This document shows positions 38,319 to 51,090 of a stretch of DNA of 64,000 nt, piece by piece. This DNA is from the human T2T-CHM13v2.0 reference genome, Homo sapiens. How positions within the stretch are numbered: position 1 is the first letter of the stretch; every line of letters starts with the position of its first letter. The stretch lies in the NCBI RefSeq assembly GCF_009914755.1, contig NC_060929.1. One strand, given 5' to 3'. The notes below the pieces were generated by a model. It did not search any database. It saw nothing but the letters and a program-made list of their open reading frames with translations, and was not told where the DNA came from. The translations under genes were made by a program, and so were the position numbers.

Positions 38319-41300
38319 TCACCTTTCCAGTGCCTGGAAAGGAGTTGTGCAAGTGGAAGTTGCAGAAGCCCCTTCGCTTCCTGGCAAGTCTTTCTTGGTG
38401 GAAACCTTTGCATTTCATAGCTCCAGGGCAGGGCCTTTGGGAGCTCTCGGTTGGTCCAGCCTGTCCCTCAACGGCATCGCAAGTCCTATGGGGACTTTGG
38501 AGCATCCCTGCGTGGCAGTGCAAACTGAATCGTATGGACATCAAAGTCCTGAGCAAGTGTGGAGTGTCTTTTATGTCCAGAAGGGAGCTAAGGCATGAGA
38601 CACCTAAAAACCCCCTGCACTGTGCCCTGAGGGAGTTTCCAGTCTGGGTGGGGGTGGTGAGAGGCCACTGGGATCTTTGGAATAGACATACAGAACACAA
38701 AGATTGCACTACACAAAGTTGTTCTGGAGGCTCAGGACATTGGAAAACTTGCCCAGAAGCAAGCGCGGGGCCCCAGCCACATTCCAGCCCCACCTGATCT
38801 CATGTCAGATGTCCACCTGGAGCTTCTCCATCCAGCAGAAGGTGGTGAAATCAGATTTGCACAGGGCACCCTATAAAGGCCAAAATGAAGAGGGCAGATG
38901 GAAGGAAGATAGACCAGAGGCAGACTCACAGGGTGCCCAGCTGTCCCTGTCTGCTTGGGAATCTCCTAATGACAGTCGTCTTCAATGTCTTCCTGTAAAC
39001 AGCACTCAGTCCTGTGAAAATGTGGATGGGTGGTCACTTTAAGGGAGAGGCAACAGAACTGAAGCTTCAACCTGAAGCAGCGGCCACATGGGTAAAGTGA
39101 AAAGGGGACAATCAAAGAGGCATTGAAGAAATGACTCCCAGAGCACAGCCAGCCTGGATGAGAGGTAAAGGACGTGGGAGGTGGGATGGTCTTCCTCTGA
39201 TGTTCAGCCTTGACAGTGACTTTCAGGTACATTACATCATTGACGCCTTGCTCCCATTGTAAATTCTTCAACATTGTGATGTTATGTTTTTCTTTTTTAA
39301 GTAATATTTGATTTTTAGGTTGTTTTTATCCACTGGAAATAATAAGTTATATTTGAAATGTTTGGGAAGAGACCTTGCAGAGGAGGGGACTATAAGAAGT
39401 TTTATTTTGCTAGCTGTTTAAATAGAACTCTTTCTTTCTTATTCCATCAGTGAGCATGTTCAGTAAGTTTTCTTTCAAATATCCTCAATCAAGTTGAACC
39501 TTGAAAAATGTGCATTTTAAGTTTAAATTTTATCTTCCAAGTGATGGAGATTGTCATCCACAGAACATTTTTTTGAAAATATAAAAAATTCTTATTAGGT
39601 CCCATGTATTTATTTTCCCTCAATCATTTATTATATTCATACATTCCATTGCTTGTTCAGGCCATATCTGACCTCCTTATAAAACTATAAAGTTATTAAA
39701 ATAAAAAGTGAATATATGAGATATCTAAATTGCCATTAGCTACTAAGATATCTCTTAGCATGCAGATTAGTAACAGATATTTGATTTTGGATTTTATAAC
39801 CATGAATTATTCCTAAAGTATTCCATTTTCCCTACATCCAAATAAGTTGAGTCAACATCTAAGCTTCTTGTTTTTGTCTTTCTTTAATAGGCCTATAAAA
39901 CAGGCATGACTGTCCTGGATGAATAAATCAAGCCGTTTGCCATCACTGCTGCTTTCCCCATGCACTGCCGACCAACAATATTCCCTACCATGTGCACCCC
40001 ATTCACAGCCCTCTGAGCACTTGTCTAGCTGTGCTAATCCCAGTACACCATGCTGGACACGTGCAGATGTGGGAGGGTTGGCAAGCTTGCGAAGGAAAAT
40101 CACAGTCCAGGATACGCTGAACAAGTTTACCTTTGTTCTTAGTACAGACACCTGTCCACCATTTTACAATTTCCATGTTTCTCACGATGTTTCTTCAGAC
40201 TGAGGGAGATCTGGTCTCTTGTTCTTTTGCCCATTTGTTTTGCTGTGTTCCAAGTAAGAAAACACGGCGTTATTGGCACAGACACTAAACACAAGGCTTC
40301 ACTTACAAGTTCCAACACCACCCCCCTCCTTGTTTTAATTCCTGCTGTTGACTCCACGTTCCCCTGCATCATGCAGGTGGCCTGAACTCCTTTCAGTCGT
40401 TACCAGCAATGCTTTTGTTTCTGTCCTCATGGCTGCATGGGACACAAGTTCAGGGGAGAATGATGTGTGAGTGGAAAGCATCTTCAGCCAAGGCCAGAAG
40501 TGCCCTCATGATCCTATACCCTTTTATTACACAGCAGGTGATTGGATCTTTTCCAGGCTGATTTTCACCAAGTGCTAGTTCAACTGCTCTGAGACCACAG
40601 TGGGTTTCATAAGGTTTTCAGCTTCAATCTCTTTCCAAATAGGTAGTGAGATAGAAAACCTATTTTTAAGAAATATTTCAAGGCTAAAGCTGCAGAATAA
40701 AAGCCCTGTCTTCCTCTCATCACCGTAGGCACAGTTGTGATTTTATTATTCTATATTGAGAACAACTAAATTCACTCCCACCTCAAAAAAAAAAAAAAAA
40801 AAAAAGAAAAAAAAAAGCAGTGCCCTACATAGCATGTAGTGGTTGCTTCTCTTATAAATCTTTATCCAGCCAGCTGTTCACAGCGTTCCTACATTCGAAA
40901 CAGCATTTTAATAAAAATGGAAGAAAACAATTACAGCATGATTAAAGATATCATATTTGGCCGCCATTCTAAATATAAACCTATGGGTTTGCAACCCATA
41001 ATGCTTCATGTTTCCATGGAAGAGCATAAAATTACATCATTTTCTGGCAGTTTTGCAAAAGAGTTTGGGAGATTATACATATTCAGAATTCCTTTGGAGG
41101 TTTCACAATATCTGCTTTCTGCTCCACTTTCTCTGTTATTTGGTTTTCTGAGCTAAGCCATGTGAACCTCGGCTTCCGATGTACAACAAGTGAAAACAAG
41201 AACTGCACATTTCAAACAGATTTCATAAACAAACTGTTTTGACTTCATGTCAGGCAGGACTACGTGAAATTTGGTTTTCTCCACCAAATTCGGCTCCCAG

Positions 41301-43049
41301 CTGTGATGTGTCAAGTCAAACAGGAACAAGTAATTGTATTCAACCCTTAAAATGGAGCTCCCAACTGACATCTTGTATTAACAATATCAGAAAGCAGGTC
41401 TGTTTGTCTTTTAAAAATAGTCACTACTTGGTCGCTTTGAATTCAAACATTCCACAGTGGATTTCCACTCAAAGATGTGTGCCTGTGGACAGGTGGTAGA
41501 GAGGCAGCTGAAACCAGACTCTGGAGCCATACTGACCCTGCCTGGGAGAGCCACAGCCTCGAAACCTCCACCCTGTAAGATGTTACAGCAAAAGAAAACA
41601 AAGCTGGCTTTGAAGGAATTATGCTAAACAACTTATCTTTAATTTCTCCAATGCAGTAAATTAAAAGTTAATGTATGAGGGACAGTCCAGGTTTAAAATG
41701 CGACCTCCGAAACTGGGAGTCCCCAAATAACTCTCCTGTGTTGACTCTTCCTGTCTATTCTCAGGGTTTAGAAAGAGGATATCCTTCTGTAGTCACATGA
41801 GCAATGGTAAAGCAGTAACCACCTTTGTCCACAAACACTGCGGAGACTTGGTGAGCTGGGCCCTGAGGCAGAAGATCTCTATCTCTAACCTTAAGGATCA
41901 CACTGGCTAGAAGGGGATGCAGTTGTATAGACACAGGACAGGATGTGATCAAGTGCCTAGGTAAGTGCAGAGCACAGGAATGCCAAGGCAAGGCTAGCCC
42001 AGGGCCCCAGGGATGCACCCCAGGGACCTGTTATGTAAAGATCTAAGAACACATTGAGAGCAGAGGAAAGAAGAGGCCTGGAGCCTCTTTAAATCTGTTG
42101 TTGCTGGGAAAATGGAATCTAGCACCACAGTGGCTGTGGCTCCACACGAAATAATTACAGACCTTTCCTTACTCAGTAGTTCTTTAAGGAGAGTAAGGCA
42201 GAGTATGATTCCATGACGGTGAAACCAAATTCACATAAAATTTTGCTGTAATCCCTTAAATGCAAATATTTTCAAACTTAACCAATTCAATATCCTATGA
42301 CTCCCTTTATTTTTCACTATTTTGATGTAGGGCAATTGATTTGAAAATAAAAATGACTAAGACATGTCTGTTCTGATGTAATGGCCTTTTTAAGGAGATA
42401 TAGTTGATCACTTTTACAATTTAAAAATACCAACTTAAAAACAACAGCATTGGCAGAATACGATTATGCAAATTATAGTGTTAACAAAATTTACACATCA
42501 ATGAGAACATTCTTTCCCATCATAGTTCTTATTAGAAACACTGGGAAGTAAATTATCTGCAGAAAAGTACAGTATAAAAATGTATTAAAAGCTGTAAGAA
42601 CTAAATTGAAATGTCAAACATAGTTATTTATATTAAAACCCAACCCAGCCCAGCAAAACAGGTGCCGGACCATTCATAAACTGTTTGTTGAAACCGGAAG
42701 ATTCATTTTGGTCTCTGGGCAACACCTGCCTTCTCGACCTCCCTGTGGGTTCCTCTCTGGACAGGTCCAGTTCCCCCAGTTTTTCAGAATTCTTGAAGTT
42801 CAGTGTATGATTTATTTTTATACATCAAGTTTGAAGGTCTAAATCCCCGGGGCCAGTGCTTTTAACACTTTAAGCAGTTTCCAGATTATTTTCATCTGGG
42901 AATACAGAGCTGATATACCAAAGACCATTGACAGAGGCAAAACGTCATTAAAACGATTACCCCAAAGCACTGAGCGAACTCATCTGAAATGACTCACTTG
43001 CTCAAGGAGCGTTTCTTTGCCCTCCCTCTGTCTCCCCCACCTCCTTCCT

Positions 43050-43530
43050 GCCCTCTTTGTTGTACACTTTGGGGCGCCCAGCACCGCCTCCCGGCCTACT
43101 ACAACTGCCCCCAGACAATGGAGCCCCGAGCAGGAAGCATGTCCCGTGACAGAGGTCCCACCCGCCGGAGCTTTCAAGTTGATGGGAAGCGGTGACACTT
43201 GAGCAGGACATGGCTGGCCTGCTGGATCCTGACACGGCACCCTGTGTGCTCGGCGGTGCGTCCGGCCTTTGTGCAGTGCGCCCCGTCCGCCAGGGCTGCC
43301 ACAGCTGAGCAGCTGCATCGGGAAAGCCCACTAAGCAGAAAGCGCTCCCCAGCCCGGCCTCTGATTTCTCACATTTAATTACCTGATTTCCCTTTCCTGC
43401 GGTCATGGAGAAAATGGCATTACATCACGCACCATGTAGCTCTGGAAAAGCATTGAATGTGTCTAATAGAGCCACTGGTGACAAGCACAATAGATGCGCC
43501 TCTTGTTTCACATCGGATATTAGACCCTCC
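43050..43530. promoter_or_regulatory. CpG-enriched unique segment, candidate enhancer or weak promoter
   Basis: Local CpG cluster (cggcaccctgtgtgctcggcggtgcgtccgg...gcgccccgtccgcc) followed by an A/T-rich homeodomain-type tract (catttaattacctgatt). Confidence 0.35.
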
Positions 43531-44255
43531 AAACAAGTGTGGTCATTCCTGCTCCGAAGATCTTCAATAGGAAACAAAGGCAGCAGGTTTTGGTGGTGTC
43601 ACCCCTAGCACCTCACAGAGAGAAAAACTTCATTTAGCCTCCCTGGGCTATCCAAGCCTCCTCCAAGTCTCGGGAAAATGAGAACTTTTACAGGTATTTC
43701 CTTCTAGCTATCAATACAGAGATTTCATTTAAATCTGCGATGCTCTCACTTCCCAAGCACCACCGTATGTTACCTTAATCCGTTCAGATACATTTTCATC
43801 TTAAAGCACGCACAGCTGCACACTCTTTTCAACCAATTCATGATATCATATAGAACTCAGGAATGAAAATGTCCTCCCCAAAGTGAATGGAAGCCAAAGG
43901 GACACAGTGATTGCTCCACATAGAGACAAAAGCGACGACACTATACCCACATCTGCAGATAAATTCCAGGTGGTGCCATGTGATTCCATTAGGCTGATTG
44001 ATGACAACTTCTCTCTCAGTTTGAATTATGTGGCAACCCCAGGACTCCTCATCTTAGCCCTTGCCTGGTGTTAAGATGTCCTCAGCAGCATGTGTAGCCA
44101 CCTATGAAGACCCCGTTTCAAAACCTCTCTTGCATCCTAGATTCAGACAGTGTTCAATTTCTAAATAATTAGCAGATTATAAGAAAACAGTATCTTCTAT
44201 CACTTACTCATCTGCTAAGATGACATTTTTATTGCTGCAAGGGAGTATGCCCAGG

Positions 44256-44420
44256 AACACACAAACACATAAACACAAACACACATGCACACACACAAAC
44301 ACACATGCACACACACAAACACAAATGCACACACACACAGACACACACACAAACACACATGCACACACAAACACAGCACACACACAAACACAGGCACACA
44401 CATACACACACACATGCACA
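44256..44420. repeat. Compound CA-rich repeat with ~20-bp sub-unit
   Basis: acacatgcacacacacaaac repeated with variation. Confidence 0.9.
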
Positions 44421-44824
44421 GAGATGCATTTGTGTGACCCTGTTGCCGTCAGATACTGATATGGACAGCAAGCAGCTCCTGTGCTTGACGGGATACACAT
44501 TAACACAGATGTGAGTACAGATGCATCAAACACCTGCCCAGAGGCCCTCGTGGATCAAGGAAGATGAGATATATATGACTCCTGATTTTAAGACCATTAA
44601 TAGGAAAGATAAAACATGAACAACATGATGCTCTACAAAAAGAGGACTGAGGGTCCTGAGAGGCACACAGTGTGTTAATGGAGTCTTAAGGGCTGAGGGA
44701 TCACAGTCTCTGGAAACACGAGAAGCTTCACTCTGCCTTGGAGGAGCACAGGGCTCTCCCAGCTGAGAGGGAGGAGGGACCTCTCATGATAGACGATGGA
44801 TGCATGTGTAGATGGTGAGTGTCC

Positions 44825-44955
44825 CACTGCACCCCAGTGGAGAGGTGAGAAGGCAGGGTCGGGGGGAAGGATGATGGCTGCGGGACAGTCACTGTACCCC
44901 AGTGGAGAGGTGAGAAGGCAGGGTCTGGGGAGAAGGATGATGGCTGCCGGCCAGT
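44825..44955. repeat. Two-copy ~65-bp tandem duplication
   Basis: cactg(c/t)accccagtggagaggtgagaaggcagggtc...gaaggatgatggctgc..cagt at 44825-44889 and 44890-44955. Confidence 0.95.
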
Positions 44956-45654
44956 TAGTCTTCACATCATCTGTGAGTGGGCATTTAGTGGTGTAGGAAA
45001 TATAAAGGAATGGACATGTTTGTGGAACAGGAAGGAGCCATGCTACAGCTCAGTGTTAGGGCAGTGATTTGGCAGTAGGGTTCCAAATGGCCTAGAGTGA
45101 GCTGAATTAGCACCTTACAGTCCTATAAGTGAGAGCCTGAGAAGTGATGGTGTGGGGGGATAGGAGGAAGGCGCAGACTAGACAGGAAGGCCGGCGGTGT
45201 CTCCACGGCTCCACTGACGCCCATGTGGATGAGGAAGAATGGGAGGCCAAGATGGTGCTGGGCCTCTCAGCTTTGCAGGACCAGGAACAGAGTTAGGAGA
45301 GGCATTGTGGGAAGGCTGCCTACTGAGTGGTGTTGGGGATATATTTGAGTTGCAGGGATAGGTTTGTTTTCTGAGTATTGGTTGCCAAGCAGATGGTTAA
45401 ATTTTAAGGTTGGAATCTGCAAAAGAGTTTGAGTCATCTTTGTTGAGGTTTTAAGGCTTACAGGAGAGAACAGAAAGAAGGGAAAGTAGGGACAGGTAGA
45501 AACAAACATTTTTGCAGCATTTCCATTGGTTAGCAATAACTGGTGCAAGAAGTGAACATGGGAGCTGGCAGAAGGAAGAACCCTCAGTAAGCCCCTCACT
45601 TGGTTTTCTGTATGGCTGAATGACCTGTGTGTATTTGCTATAATTAAATGACCC

Positions 45655-46550
<896 letters not shown>

Positions 46551-48937
46551 ATGGGAGATATTTTAAGGGGTAAAGAAAGCAATTTGAGTGACATCGTATC
46601 ACATAGGCTCCTTTTAATTCAAGGCAAACTCATCAGCGGGGACAAGGGCCGCTGTGATGTCAGGGAAGGATTTGGAGGCTGGAGAGGACATGAAACCTGC
46701 AATGACCTGTCAGCTAGAGGTGAGGCTAAATTCTTTGAGTTTTGCTAAGTAACGCTGAGGTTTCACTCTTGTCCCATGGATCTAAGTTAATTTCAGAACT
46801 ATAAAGAGTTGTGATGCATGTGTGTGTGTGTGTTTAACAAAATAAGTCATTCCCATAGTTCTCTCTGGAAGATGAGATAGTCAACATCTAATCTTCTGTA
46901 GCTATTTATTACAAAGCTAGAAATTTTCTAGCTAAAATTGAGTGAAAATCACTATAATTTTGCAATTTTTAAAAAAGATGGGTTCTTCCCTTGCCTGATA
47001 TTTGAAGCATCAAAAAGAATTTAGTCAAATATTTCATATTCTGTTTTATAAATTACATATTTATATGTGCAACTAGAATACATTCATAACAGTCCCAAAA
47101 GTTCGCTTTAGCTGTGTTTGCATTATTGCTGATCATTGACCTTTTAGAAAACAGAAGTTATTTTATTTTATTATTTTACAGATGGGTTCCATCTGAGTTT
47201 TTTGCTTAAAAGTTGATGATTTTGGCTTTCTTTTCAATGCTCACTTGAGTAAAGGTGTCAATGAATTTTTTAGTGATAATGAAAATTCTTAGTTTAACCA
47301 TTTCATGGTGATCCTGTTAGGAATGGCTTTGTCCATGGTGGAATGGCTTTCTTGACCAGTAAGTCTTGTTCCTTGAGTGTCTTGGTCCTTGAGTCATTAA
47401 AGTATCTGCCCAACACCCTGCAAAGCAGAAAGAGAACTAAATCTCTTTTTCACATGTGAAACACTTTTCTCTTATGTTAACTATTGTCCACTTCAGCATT
47501 TTCCGCATATTTATAGACACTTGTCAGCCCCTCTTCCGGGCTGAGTGTCTTCATCAAATTTACTCTTAGGATATTTGGAGCTCAGACTCATTCTGGGCAC
47601 CACCCCCCTGAGCCTGAATCCCCCCCACCCCCCCACCCCATAGATGTGTTTCTCGTCTTCACAGCTGGAAGAGAGTGTTGTGGGGAGAGCATGGCCGTGA
47701 GGGCCTCTCTCCACTCCACGCTGGGACTTTCTTGGAACAACTCTATGAAGGAGGCAGAGGCCACTCTTCTTCAGGGAAGCTCCTTTGAAATGCAAGGTAT
47801 GGAAACAGCAGAGTATAGCCTGGAGAGCTTGAGACACTGTGCTTATCCCAAGAAAGTGAGCAAAAAAACGGCCCGTACTCTCCCATAGACCAAACACTCA
47901 TTGGTATTCACTGGGGTGATGCCCGCAACCTCAGGAAGTTGAGGAGGAAGCTGGATCTATGTGTTGCCCTCTTTCTCTATCCCATGGCCATGCGCTAAGC
48001 CCCAACACAGCCCTAGCACCAGCTTCCTCTCTAGGTGCCTGCCTCTCCATGGTGGTCAGGAGGGAGTGAGACGGAATCAGGGCTCATCCACCACACTTGC
48101 TTGAAGGCATTTTGTGAGTGTGAGTGCCTGTCTATGCTGGAGACCTGCTGGGACATGGAGACACCCCAGGGACATGAGAGGTGTGTGCTCGCCAAGCCAA
48201 TCTTTCTCCTCCCACACATCCTGGGAGGCCTTGGCATTCATTCTGTGGGCTGCTTCCTATTTGCAGACGGTCTTTGAGCCTTCACCTTATGTTGTTCCCC
48301 TATGTTCAGAAGAAACCTCTTTTCTCTCCTACTCCCCCACATGGAAGAGTTCACAGGTGAAATGATCTGCTTGCTAATTCTCATTTCTTATCCCACAAAA
48401 TCGTGCTTTTTGTAACACTTGCAAGGAGTGGTTTATTTGGGAAAGGCTAAGGAAAGCAATGATAAAATCTTTAAAAATAACAACAAGCTATCAAAGACAT
48501 ACAAACGAATATGTAGTAGGGAGGAAACCTGAAAAGCCCATGACAGAGACTGTGAATGCGCGTGACCCCCAGTCAGCATTAGGTTTCAAAGAGGGGATTT
48601 AAAACAAAAGTCACTTCACATTTCCTGCTGAAAGGGTTTATTTTGGTTTTTCTTCCTCCTGGGTTTTATCTCAGGAATCTTAAAGTCCAAGGGGCTGCTC
48701 TTCTCACTAGAATCCTCCAGTAATCACTTAAAGGTAAGTGGAATTAGAGGGGAGCCCAGCATGCATTTACCCACTGCTGCTGCCAGTCAGCTAATTAGGT
48801 GATTAAGTCATTAAAGGGAAATATACATTTGAAAGGCTCCAGCTCAGTCACTCAGAAGTGGGATAAAGACCAAATTCCAACTTTCTTCTCGCCAGTCTCT
48901 ACACTGCAAAAGTGATTAATCTATTTAACTCTGCCTA

Positions 48938-49040
48938 GCCTTTTTTTTTTCTTTTTCTTCCTTTCCTTTTCTTCTTCCTCCTCCTCCTCCTTCTTCTCCT
49001 CTTCCTCCCCCTTCTCCTCTGACTTCTCCTCCTTCTTCTG
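48938..49040. repeat. Polypyrimidine (T/CTT/CCT) low-complexity tract
   Basis: Direct reading. Confidence 0.9.
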
Positions 49041-50109
49041 GAAAAGGAAAAACCAAGGAACAGAAGCTTTTTGTAGAGTCTTTGAACAAATAGAATGACA
49101 AATGCCTTTCTCTGAGGCACCTCGTGCAAAGCTTCAACAGCTGGAGGTCAAAATGACTTAAGTAAGGGGCCTGATGGGGACGGGCGAGGAGAGCACAATG
49201 GTGACTTCGGATTTAGGGCTTTTCCTATCAGATCATTAGCCTGATTTGTTATCGGATGCCTTTTGATGTTGCCCGTCTTAGACAAACGTTTTGTCTTTGT
49301 TAAATGGGGAGATGGCGGGGTGTTTTTGTCTTCTCCCCATGGACTTCCCCTTGCTCCCTATAGAGGCTGGCACATTGCTTTTGCACAAAGAGATACTTCC
49401 CTGCTTGTCTCTGAGACAGTACATCCAATTCTCTGGGTCCTCATCTTTGGAAGGAGAACATCTACCATCTATCATGAAGAAGACAGAGGAGGAGGAGAAA
49501 GAAGAGGGGGAGAAGGAAAAGGAAATGGTGTATTTTTAAAGAAATGGTTACATTATGGGAATGAATACGCAAAAATGTCAATAAAGCATACTGAGTTTGA
49601 AAGTTCCTATGTCTTAACAAGGCCACAATGAGTAGCATTTAAATATTTATGAATGCATTAATACCTTGGAAAGTGAGGTGACTTATGTCACACGTTATGC
49701 AAATGACTGTTGAAAAGATGCCTCCCATTGCTCAGGCAGTGGCCTTAAGGGCCTTGGGACCCTGTAGGTCAGCCCCACTGTATCTCTCCTGTAGCAAATA
49801 CACACAACAGGTGCATTTTCTACAAACACAAATGCCAAGATGAAAACATGAAAGCTTCTCTCAGGTCCAACTTAAGTTCAGATTGACACTCTGTCTATCC
49901 AATGCACTTTGCTTAGTACTTTTGCCACTAATGGTGGATCCGGTTCAGAGGCTACTCATGATACCAGACGGGAGCAAAGGATAGGGCACCAGTCCAGGGC
50001 TGCCCGTGAAAAACACCGCCCACAGACTGTGGACATAAATTCAGGAACAAAGCACTATCTCAAGTGTAGAGGTTGTGTCTGTTATGTTAACGACTGTTCA
50101 GTTAAACAT

Positions 50110-50590
50110 GGTTCTCAATATTTATATTGACAGTTGCTGGCCTCTCTCCTGGACTGGATGCCATCATCAAATTCACATGTGCAATACCGATATATGATGC
50201 TTGAGCAGCTTTTTTTAACAAATGTGACACATGGCCTTACCACACGCTGGGTGGTTTGCACAAAGTCAAATGTCCTCTTCACCATCTTGACAAACATTAT
50301 GTCCACATGTGTACTATATGTACATGAAATCCTTGAGCACGCATATAGTCCATATGGTCTTTTCAGATGCAGGAGGTTTGGTTCCCCAAGTACAACTTTT
50401 ACTGAGAGATCCCCAGAAAACTTTTGTGCCACTTACACAGTCTGATTTGATCTTTCTTGAGGAACCAATGCTATTAGATATTGCCTGGTGGCAGCAGTAA
50501 CTAATCTTTGTGGACTGCGGCTTAATTTTTTTGATATATGAATTCTGCCTATTGAAACATGAAATTGTGATAAATTCACAGAAGAGTAAC
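50110..50590 (-). mobile_element. Ancient RTE-clade LINE fossil (L4/L5/MamRTE-like), post-RT C-terminal region
   Basis: Frameshifted minus-strand translation gives an ordered motif series: NLLHASEKTIWT, GFH, IMFVK/W, VQTTQR-W*GHVSHL, KLLKH, CEFDDGIQSR, QYK; this matches RTE ORF consensus LLYGSETWT, RFH, ILNIKW, TQLRWAGHVVRM, LPKQ, GELSEGKRSRG, RYKD. Confidence 0.6.
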
Positions 50591-50807
50591 AATCTCAGTT
50601 TCCTTAGAAATGACCTACAAAAAGAAGCTCCGCTGCTTCTAGAAGATGTTCCTCAAAAAACAAAAAGGGACCCTGCTTCTGATGAGATGTACTCTCCAAA
50701 CCCACCCCAACCTTCCTCCTCCAATGGCTTTCTCCAATATGGTTCAAGGTCATTTGCTAAACAGTGGGTCAAAATGGCCATTGTGTTTTTCTCAACCTTC
50801 TGTTATA

Positions 50808-51090
50808 TTTTTCTTTTCTCTTTCTTTCTCTCTCTCTTTCTTTCCTTTTCTTTTTTTTTCTCTTTCTTTGTCTTTCTTACTTTCTCTTTCTTTCTTTCTG
50901 TCTTCTTTCTTTTCTTTCTCCTTCCTTCCTTCCTTCTCTCCTTCTCCTTCTCCTCCTCCTCCTGCTTCCTCTTCTTCTATTTCTTCTTTTCTTTCTTTCT
51001 TTTTTCTTTCTTTCTTTTTCTTCTTTCTTTCCTTCTTTCTTTTCTCTTTCTTTCTTTCTTCCTTTTCTCTTCCTCTTTCCTTCCTTTTTT
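50808..51090. repeat. ~280-bp (TTTC/TTCC/CCT)n polypyrimidine tract
   Basis: Nearly purine-free on the + strand. Confidence 0.95.

Noticed and set aside
40770-40820. Solo poly(A) preceded by actcccacctc, resembling an Alu 3' end
   Set aside because: Too short to assign and no TSD visible.
50115-50592. Possible processed pseudogene of an RRM protein (hnRNPA1/SRSF-like) or piggyBac fragment
   Set aside because: Only scattered resemblance; the ordered RTE motifs explain the segment better.
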